Sequence record: PQ066597.1
Length of the DNA stretch: 64,000 nt
Direction: 5' to 3' (one strand)
The notes beneath the pieces are model-generated. The model did not search any database. It saw only the letters and a program-made list of their open reading frames with translations, and had not been told where the DNA came from. This document shows, piece by piece, positions 40,716-47,091 of the stretch; the stretch's first letter is position 1; every line of letters starts with the position of its first letter. Made by a program: the position numbers and the translations under genes.

Positions 40716-41729
40716 ATGTCTAAGATGTTTAATGAGCTGTTTGAATCTATGACTCAAGCAGTCGCGATGAAGGCTCTTGGTTTGACTGGTAAGTTTACTG
40801 ATGACCAACTAAAGGCTGCATATCGCAAGGCAGCAAAGGATAACCACCCAGACCGTGGTGGTTCCACCGAAAAAATGCAGGCAGTAAACCAAGCTTACGA
40901 AGAACTGAAAAAATCCGGTTCTCCTGCAACCCAAGAAGCTACATGGGCACAGCGAAAACAGAAACAGGAAGAAGAGAAACATGTTGTAACTAACTTCGTA
41001 ACCCATATGTTTGACAAGTTTTTTGATACTCAGGCTTATCTCGACTACTTCCAAAAGATGAGCGGTAAAAAGTTCACATTTGAACGTAAAATTACCGTTG
41101 GTACTTGGGGAACTTCTTCTGTTGATTATAAATTTACGTCGGAAGACCGTACAGTTTTCTTTGATCTGAATGCAATGGCTCATGTGTTTATCACCAAAGC
41201 TCTGGGTGCAGGTATCGACAAACCTGAACTGGATAAGATGGGTATCATGACTGAGGTTCTGATTGACCGTAAAAAGGTTAAGATGACTCAGAGCAATTAT
41301 AACCAATCTGAAACTGAAAAGTTTATGAAGGATCCGAAAATCCTTTTCCCGGAAACCAAGCTAAAGAAAGCTTTTTCTGGTGATAAAAAGGTCAAGCCGC
41401 TCAAGAAAGCCGATTATGTTCTTTTCGTCAAAAAAGAGCTTGAAGGGAAACATTTGGGTGGTGATGATTTCGCAGTTGACATCGGTAATGGTTCTGTGAT
41501 TTACTTTTCTCGTATGACGTGGATGAGGAAGGGTGTATGGAATATCAGTGGTCGAACCGGTTCTAAAGAACGTTGGTCTGTAACTACTCCTTTCTATGAG
41601 ATAGAAACCCCGGAAAACATGGATGTGATGAAAGAACTTGTTCAGACCATGAAATCCCATAGTTCTTCTGGTGGAGCACAGATGGAAGCTCTTGTCAAGA
41701 AATTTATGTTGAAAGCTAACAAAGTTTAA
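40716..41729 (+). CDS. J-domain (DnaJ-like) protein, late promoter
   Basis: LGL...QLKAAYRKAAKDNHPDRGGSTEKMQAVNQAYEEL with HPD motif; CTAAATA at 40686. Confidence 0.9.
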   Translation: MSKMFNELFESMTQAVAMKALGLTGKFTDDQLKAAYRKAAKDNHPDRGGSTEKMQAVNQAYEELKKSGSPATQEATWAQRKQKQEEEKHVVTNFVTHMFDKFFDTQAYLDYFQKMSGKKFTFERKITVGTWGTSSVDYKFTSEDRTVFFDLNAMAHVFITKALGAGIDKPELDKMGIMTEVLIDRKKVKMTQSNYNQSETEKFMKDPKILFPETKLKKAFSGDKKVKPLKKADYVLFVKKELEGKHLGGDDFAVDIGNGSVIYFSRMTWMRKGVWNISGRTGSKERWSVTTPFYEIETPENMDVMKELVQTMKSHSSSGGAQMEALVKKFMLKANKV

Positions 41730-41740
41730 AATTAAAAACC

Positions 41741-41764
41741 GGAGATTATAGTGTTATAATCTCC
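41741..41764 (+). promoter_or_regulatory. sigma70-type -10 (TGT-TATAAT) within a perfect 10-bp inverted repeat
   Basis: GGAGATTATA-GTGT-TATAATCTCC. Confidence 0.55.
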
Positions 41765-41790
41765 TTATAAAATAACAAAAGGAAAGATAA

Positions 41791-42015
41791 ATGATTTTTA
41801 TTGCTGATATTGTGGATCCGTCTGAATTTGGTGGTGCGTCTCGTACCGTTATTGACACCAAACTGATCAAAGGTCTCTCTGAGAAGAACGGTGTTTCTTA
41901 TATCACCTTTGATGTTCGTGGAACCGATAAGCAAAAAACGATTGCAGTCCATCAGGATTTCGAAGCAATTTTCTCATATATGCAGTTTGATGAACGGATC
42001 AAACTTAGCCAGTAA
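41791..42015 (+). CDS. hypothetical protein
   Basis: SD AAGGA; followed by hairpin 42028-42050. Confidence 0.7.
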   Translation: MIFIADIVDPSEFGGASRTVIDTKLIKGLSEKNGVSYITFDVRGTDKQKTIAVHQDFEAIFSYMQFDERIKLSQ

Positions 42016-42072
42016 AACGTATTAACACCCCTAGCGATTTTCGTTAGGGGTTTATTTTTGATAGGATGGTTT

Positions 42073-42210
42073 ATGAAAGTAGTTCTTAAAAATGGTCAAG
42101 AAATCGAAGCGAAAGATGTAGTAAAATCAAAATACGATCACCTTGTTGTTACTGAACGTGTTGCATTTTGGATTGATAACAAAGAAATCAAAACCGTGGT
42201 TTGGTGGTGA
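42073..42210 (+). CDS. 45-aa hypothetical protein (not in ORF track)
   Basis: MKVVLKNGQEIEAKDVVKSKYDHLVVTERVAFWIDNKEIKTVVWW; SD AGGATGG. Confidence 0.65.
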   Translation: MKVVLKNGQEIEAKDVVKSKYDHLVVTERVAFWIDNKEIKTVVWW

Positions 42211-42211
42211 T

Positions 42212-43201
42212 ATGGGTAGTTTTAATACTGTTTGTTCTGTTAGTCGTCAAATCGTTCAAGGTGGTGATAAAGTTCGCTTGATCCCAGTTGCTGGTAAACA
42301 CTGTATTAGTGCTTTCCCACTTACTGCGGTGTATGACGATTATGGTGAGTTTGACATTGATGATAATCTTGCGTTAGAATGCTTAATGAAAAACGTATCC
42401 ATGTTTAACGATGGTGTCTCTAAAGAGAACTTAGCCCATGGATTTTATCCATACGATGAAAATCGTTGGACAATCCCAGACCTATGGAGCAAAACAAAAT
42501 ACGAGACTTCTTTTATTGTAGTAAAGTCTGATGTATACGATCTCGTTTCGGAGTTTGGTATTACTTGTTGGTGGGAGAAACCTGTATACGACGTTTCTGA
42601 TGCAGATGACTGGCTACCGGTAACACCGGAACGAGTCGCTAGACATCTTAAAACTCTCCAAGAAAGACTGAAAGAGTTGGTCGAAGATAGTGAAGACCCA
42701 GAAGATGATATCCTTGTGAATCATGTTAAGATCATGATTGATAATGTTCATATTGGTAATGCAAAACATTATGAACTTAGCAGATTGATTAAAACTCAAG
42801 ATCAGATTAATGATTATGCTCATCACGACGATACAACTTATGCAATCTTCAAAAATATTGAAGAATTTGCAAAATTAGAAAATTTTTATGCTGGTTGTAA
42901 TAACTTGGATATTGTGCTAACATCACAGGAATATGGTCGTCAGACATGCAAGCAGTTTGAAAAGGTTCGTATGATGACAAAAATCCAGATTGTTGGGTTT
43001 AACCAAACAGAAAAAATTCAGTTGACTCCGGTTGAATGGGATGTTAAGATTCCTTACTCTATGGTTGTGGAATCAACTAAACCAAATTGGTCAAATGAAG
43101 TTGATTTGATTCGAGTTGGTGACTGTCTTGAAATTACGGACTCTAAATACAATGAGTTCAAAGAGTATAAGCACGATGATGTTTATCTGAGTGAGAAATG
43201 A
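42212..43201 (+). CDS. hypothetical protein
   Basis: MGSFNTVCSVSRQ start coupled to the upstream stop. Confidence 0.75.
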   Translation: MGSFNTVCSVSRQIVQGGDKVRLIPVAGKHCISAFPLTAVYDDYGEFDIDDNLALECLMKNVSMFNDGVSKENLAHGFYPYDENRWTIPDLWSKTKYETSFIVVKSDVYDLVSEFGITCWWEKPVYDVSDADDWLPVTPERVARHLKTLQERLKELVEDSEDPEDDILVNHVKIMIDNVHIGNAKHYELSRLIKTQDQINDYAHHDDTTYAIFKNIEEFAKLENFYAGCNNLDIVLTSQEYGRQTCKQFEKVRMMTKIQIVGFNQTEKIQLTPVEWDVKIPYSMVVESTKPNWSNEVDLIRVGDCLEITDSKYNEFKEYKHDDVYLSEK

Positions 43202-43445
43202 TATTATGTTTTTAGAAACAGAAAAAGTAAATTGTGCGGGAAGAATATACCCGCTAGATATCGCAAACCAAATATGTTCTGTTCAGCCTATAGACCCAGA
43301 GCCATTTCGAAAACTATATGAGCGGGCTAAAGAGAACGAACGTATTAAGATTCGGCTTTCTAAAGCTTTTATGGTCCCGGTATCAAGGATCGACGCATAC
43401 TGTGTAGAAGCATATCGACTTGGTATAAAAGAAAATAAAAGTTAA
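43191..43445 (+). CDS. hypothetical protein with N.AGRIYP motif
   Basis: ORF track; overlaps the upstream stop. Confidence 0.55.
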   Translation: MRNDIMFLETEKVNCAGRIYPLDIANQICSVQPIDPEPFRKLYERAKENERIKIRLSKAFMVPVSRIDAYCVEAYRLGIKENKS

Positions 43446-43482
43446 ACATCCTTTCTAACTGTGATATGATGTTTATATAAAT
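43433..43482 (+). promoter_or_regulatory. early-type promoter, copy 1 of a perfect 50-bp direct repeat
   Basis: A-rich UP, TTAAAC-17-TATGAT with TGTG extension; identical to 44594-44643. Confidence 0.75.
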
Positions 43483-43484
43483 GA

Positions 43485-43577
43485 GCGTGAGTGGCGAAGT
43501 TGGTTGAAACGCATCGGACTTAAAATCCGATACTGCATAATGGCACATCGTGGGTTCGATTCCCACCTCACGCACCA
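43485..43577 (+). tRNA. tRNA-Leu(TAA)
   Basis: GCGTGAG/CTCACGC acceptor, TCGGA-CTTAAAA-TCCGA, long variable arm, encoded CCA. Confidence 0.95.
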
Positions 43578-43666
43578 AAATACGAGATGATAAACTCAAA
43601 TTCCTTTTTGTTGAATGAGCTTTTTGGACGTTAAACGAGTTTATCATCTCACAAATTCAATATGAG

Positions 43667-43813
43667 ATGCTTAATATGAACGTATATATCAGAAATTACA
43701 TGTGTGGAGTCCTTTGGGGTAGTATCTTCAACGAAGATCACTGTAAAGGTAAATTTGTAAAGATTATGCGTGGTAAACATTTGAAGCCTTTCTATCAAAA
43801 ATCGAGATATTAA
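43667..43813 (+). CDS. 48-aa hypothetical protein (not in ORF track)
   Basis: MLNMNVYIRNYMCGVLWGSIF...QKSRY*, stop adjacent to the next ATG. Confidence 0.5.
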   Translation: MLNMNVYIRNYMCGVLWGSIFNEDHCKGKFVKIMRGKHLKPFYQKSRY

Positions 43814-43814
43814 A

Positions 43815-44204
43815 ATGAAAGTGAAGCTTGGGGCCTATAACCTTAATGAAAAAAGTTCATTGGTTAATACGAATGGTGTAAAATTCATTTTGAATGAACA
43901 AGTTATAGATGAGTTTTCTAAAAAACTACCTATTCTAATCAATTTTGGTCAAAAATGTTTTAACATCGATAATGTCAGAGATACACCAGACCCGGTTGGT
44001 ATTCTAAATTCCATAGAAACTTACAAGAAAGATAATATCATTATTGTTACTGGTGATATAGAAATAACCAATGACAAAGTGTATGATGTTCATGGATGCC
44101 TTCCTTCTTTTTGTGTTCGGTCTCTGGCTAATGGTGACGGTGATACTTATAAAGTTATCGAGATCGTTGCGTGGGATATGGAAATATATGAAGGTTTATC
44201 ATGA
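43815..44204 (+). CDS. hypothetical protein, weak resemblance to prohead protease fold
   Basis: ORF track; N.NG and PSFCVRSL segments. Confidence 0.6.
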   Translation: MKVKLGAYNLNEKSSLVNTNGVKFILNEQVIDEFSKKLPILINFGQKCFNIDNVRDTPDPVGILNSIETYKKDNIIIVTGDIEITNDKVYDVHGCLPSFCVRSLANGDGDTYKVIEIVAWDMEIYEGLS

Positions 44205-44599
44205 ATAAACATGATATTCATCTCATTGGTATTAGTAAGTTTATAAAGAAAGGTCTTACTGTGGTTCAATCAAGTTTGATCTTCAAACAAACCAGTGAAG
44301 AATGGAAAAATATCCATGATGTTGATGTAGACAAGATTTATTGCTATATTAACAACGAGGGAAAGGATATCTACGCAATTGGTAGACTAAAATCCTGTTG
44401 CGGACCTTGGTTGAGTGTTAGTTGTCGGTCTCTCCGTAAAAAAGGTTATATAGCATTTGACTTTAACGATGAAATTGAGATACCATATGGTTCAGGGATG
44501 AAAACTGCTTATAGGGTATTGTTTTCTGACACCCCTAAATACGAGTATGATGAAGAAGCTAGACATCCAGTCGCTTACTTCGAAAAATACTTCAAATAA
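44201..44599 (+). CDS. hypothetical protein
   Basis: ATGA overlap with the upstream ORF. Confidence 0.7.
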   Translation: MNKHDIHLIGISKFIKKGLTVVQSSLIFKQTSEEWKNIHDVDVDKIYCYINNEGKDIYAIGRLKSCCGPWLSVSCRSLRKKGYIAFDFNDEIEIPYGSGMKTAYRVLFSDTPKYEYDEEARHPVAYFEKYFK

Positions 44600-44643
44600 A
44601 AGTTAAACATCCTTTCTAACTGTGATATGATGTTTATATAAAT
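44594..44643 (+). promoter_or_regulatory. early-type promoter, copy 2 of the 50-bp direct repeat
   Basis: Identical to 43433-43482; immediately precedes tRNA-Arg. Confidence 0.75.
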
Positions 44644-44644
44644 T

Positions 44645-44721
44645 GCGCTGTTAGCTCAGTTGGATAGAGCAACGTTCTTCTAAAGCGTGGGTCACTGGTT
44701 CGAATCCAGTACGGCGCACCA
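44645..44721 (+). tRNA. tRNA-Arg(TCT)
   Basis: GCGCTGT/ACGGCGC, ACGTT-CTTCTAA-AGCGT, GGTTCGAATCC, CCA. Confidence 0.95.
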
Positions 44722-44805
44722 CGGGATGTGGTGAAATTGGCAGACACACTAGATTTAGGTTCTAGCGCCATAGGCGTGACGGTTCGAGTCCGTCCATCCC
44801 GACCA
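44722..44805 (+). tRNA. tRNA-Leu(TAG)
   Basis: CGGGATG/CATCCCG, CTAGA-TTTAGGT-TCTAG, variable arm, CCA. Confidence 0.95.
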
Positions 44806-44806
44806 A

Positions 44807-44882
44807 GCGGGTAAGGTGTTTATGGATACATGCAAGCCTTCCAAGTTTGAGTAGACCGGATCGTTACCGGCTACCCGCTCCA
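44807..44882 (+). tRNA. tRNA-Gly(TCC), atypical T-loop
   Basis: GCGGGTA/TACCCGC, U73, CAAGC-CTTCCAA-GTTTG; T-loop ATCGTTA. Confidence 0.85.
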
Positions 44883-44893
44883 AGATTTAAAAT

Positions 44894-44963
44894 TGATGTG
44901 TTACAGCTATCAGCTCACCGTTGAAAGAATACGGATAAGTCGGCTCGACTAAAGAACATATCA
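44894..44963 (+). ncRNA. candidate 70-nt four-way-junction RNA
   Basis: 9-bp closing stem plus three internal hairpins; no CCA or T-loop. Confidence 0.4.
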
Positions 44964-44966
44964 TTT

Positions 44967-45043
44967 GGCCCCTTAGCTCAGTAGGTTAGAGCAGCCGACT
45001 CATAATCGGTTGGTCACTGGTTCGAGTCCAGTAGGGGCCACCA
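44967..45043 (+). tRNA. tRNA-Ile2(CAT), lysidine type
   Basis: GGCCCCT/AGGGGCC A73; near-identical to recalled enterobacterial ileX. Confidence 0.9.
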
Positions 45044-45065
45044 AATTTTTGATGAGAGCTATATT

Positions 45066-45260
45066 ATGTCTGGTATAAAATCCATAATTGAAAATTGGTC
45101 AGTTGGTGATGGTATAATCCACTGGAAAAATGGACGCCATAGTTTAGTAGTCTTTGGGTTTGCTCCAAATGGAGAACCTGCCTTTAAGTTTAAAGGTAAG
45201 AATAAACTTACGTCAGTAAGACAGATTGAAAAATCCATAGTTAATGCATATATTCTATAG
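45066..45260 (+). CDS. hypothetical protein inside the tRNA cluster
   Basis: 64-aa ORF, GAGAG upstream. Confidence 0.55.
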   Translation: MSGIKSIIENWSVGDGIIHWKNGRHSLVVFGFAPNGEPAFKFKGKNKLTSVRQIEKSIVNAYIL

Positions 45261-45425
45261 TCGTAAGCTCTCACTAATTTAATGGTCGTTGACCTTACGA
45301 TAATAATGAAGCGATACAGAGTCCCATCGCTTCTAAAAATATCAAAAGGGATGTTGATGCGCGTATGTAGCCGGGTTATAATGACCAAGATTCATGAAGG
45401 GTGAAAGACCACCCTAAATATTCAT

Positions 45426-45503
45426 AGCGGGGTGGAGAAGTCAGGAGTTCTCACCAGACTCATTATCTGGAAATCGGTGGTTCAAATCCACCCCCCGCTT
45501 CCA
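45426..45503 (+). tRNA. tRNA-Met(CAT), fMet-like acceptor but atypical
   Basis: AGCGGGG/CCCCGCT, CCAGA-CTCATTA-TCTGG, GGTTCAAATCC, CCA. Confidence 0.85.
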
Positions 45504-45504
45504 A

Positions 45505-45581
45505 TGGCGTGTAACTCAGTAGGTTAGAGTGGCGGACTGTTAATCCGTATGTCGTGGGTTCGAATCCCACCTCGCCAGCCA
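45505..45581 (+). tRNA. tRNA-Asn(GTT)
   Basis: GCGGA-CTGTTAA-TCCGT, G73, CCA; one T-T mismatch in the acceptor stem. Confidence 0.92.
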
Positions 45582-45587
45582 AATTCT

Positions 45588-45678
45588 GGATGTTCGGCTA
45601 CGATGGCGGTGTAGCGGCGGACTGTAAATCCGTTCCCTCTGGGTAAACAAGTTGGTTCGAATCCAACAACATCCACCA
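45588..45678 (+). tRNA. tRNA-Tyr(GTA)
   Basis: GGATGTT/AACATCC, GCGGA-CTGTAAA-TCCGT, long variable arm, CCA. Confidence 0.93.
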
Positions 45679-45832
45679 AATAGAAGAAGTTAGAAGACGT
45701 TCTGATAAAATCCTCGGAGACGATGCCCCCTTGCGGTTTTAAACCGTTACGGATAAGCACGGGGTAATCCAAATCAACCATTATAGGGATGTGGTCATCT
45801 GGTATGTAAAATACAGTTGATTTGGAACTTTT

Positions 45833-45908
45833 CGGTGATTAGCGCAGTTGGTAGCGCGTCTGGTTTGGGACCAGAGGGTCACAGGTTCGAGTCCTGTATC
45901 ACCGACCA
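45833..45908 (+). tRNA. tRNA-Pro(TGG)
   Basis: CGGTGAT/ATCACCG, TCTGG-TTTGGGA-CCAGA, CCA. Confidence 0.96.
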
Positions 45909-46186
45909 CTTAGCACAAAGAACGGGTAACGACGTATGCCCCGGAATAAGCCAGCCATAGAGAATCTGGATATCCTGAAACGTGCCTTTAGGTTTCAGGC
46001 GGGATTGGTAGTACAAAGACGATATGGTAACTACCCCTTGACAAGCAGGGTTGAACTTGAGGTAACTGTCCTTTACCAAACAACGAACAGATGGACAAAA
46101 TCGGTTGAACGTCCTTCCTCGATATGATAGCATGTCAACCACATTAGGATATAATCACAGTCTAACGATCCTGATTATAATCCGCT
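45909..46186 (+). ncRNA. candidate structured ncRNA between tRNA-Pro and tRNA-Thr
   Basis: At least 6 hairpins and a possible pseudoknot; no credible ORF. Confidence 0.5.
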
Positions 46187-46262
46187 GCCGAATTAGCTCA
46201 TCTGGTAGAGCACAGCCTTTGTAACGCTGGGGTGGTCCGTTCGAGTCGGACATTCGGCACCA
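46187..46262 (+). tRNA. tRNA-Thr(TGT)
   Basis: GCCGAAT/ATTCGGC, loop TTTGTAA, GTTCGAGTC, CCA; C31-C39 mismatch. Confidence 0.9.
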
Positions 46263-46740
46263 AATTTTGGATTCTCGTCAATAGTCCGGTCTATGAGAAT
46301 CGACGCTTTAAGTAGCCCACCGGTATTTGTAAAAAATCTAGTGAAAGCTAGAAAATAAAAACCGAACCCCGACCTCTCCCATTACTCGAATGGTGATGTA
46401 GGTTCCTTCCCTGTAATAAGGTTCTAGTCCGTGACGGGTAAAAGGTTACATAGGGAGTATTGCTTGTGAATGACCACTGATTCAAGCCATCACATAAGCG
46501 CGTCCGTTATGACGTTAAATATAAGGCTTAGATTCCCATAAGGGCCTAAGCGTAAAAGTAACGAGCAAGACCGTTTTGCAGGCGTAGCCCATTGGGGTGA
46601 TGATGTTTGTATGTTGGGCTCGGATAGCCAATGCTATTAAGTCCGGTGATGGTGCGACCGGATCGATTTACGGAACCACATCAACAAGTATGTGCCTTGG
46701 TGGTTCGACCTGCTTTGCAGCCGCACATGAAGCTAAAACT
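46263..46740 (+). ncRNA. candidate large (about 480 nt) structured ncRNA
   Basis: ORF-free; about 10 helices, a GAAA tetraloop, long-range and crossing helices. Confidence 0.55.
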
Positions 46741-46760
46741 TAAAAAGAGAGGTTGTATAT

Positions 46761-47081
46761 GTCACCGCTAAACGCAAGCCGTTAGGACGTAAAGGTAAAA
46801 ATAGTGTTTTTGTAAATGGTTATACCAATAATGGTATTCCGGTTTTATGTAATGTATTTTATCAGTTTGAAACAAATGGTATTCCATTGGATATTCTGAT
46901 AGAGAAATTTTATAATTCCGGTTATATTATTGATTGGGTTTCTTTCGTTAATGATGCTTTCAAGATCGGATGGAAGAAAGAAACTGTAATAAAAAAGATA
47001 AAGTATGCATTTGATGATATTGAGATAAATGATTCAAATGAAATACTAAACCGTGTGATTAAATACATAGAAAGCCTGTAA
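46761..47081 (+). CDS. protein resembling the AlaRS tRNA-recognition helical segment; start anomalous
   Basis: FYQFETNGIPLDILIE vs AlaRS [14 protein letters not shown]; frame open from 46737; the SD-ATG at 46759 is out of frame. Confidence 0.6.
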   Translation, partial: VTAKRKPLGRKGKNSVFVNGYTNNGIPVLCNVFYQFETNGIPLDILIEKFYNSGYIIDWVSFVNDAFKIGWKKETVIKKIKYAFDDIEINDSNEILNRVIKYIESL

Positions 47082-47091
47082 GGAATGATAT

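Noticed and set aside
45733-45747. GCGG-TTTTAAA-CCGT as an ochre suppressor anticodon arm
   Set aside because: No D-arm, T-loop or CCA in context; genes in the window use normal stop codons
45786-45806. GGGATGTGGTCATCTGGTATG resembling a tRNA 5' half
   Set aside because: No matching anticodon arm or 3' half; at most a remnant
46103-46150. TCCTCG within a GGTTGA/TCAACC stem, suggesting an HDV-like/theta ribozyme near a tRNA
   Set aside because: No P3 stem around the loop and not at a tRNA 3' end, so the required topology could not be built
46263-46740. tmRNA, RNase P, SRP or 6S identity for the large structured region
   Set aside because: Lacks the GGGG..GAUUCGAC and T-arm-CCA ends of tmRNA and the GAGGAAAGUCC of RNase P; no 6S-type long duplex
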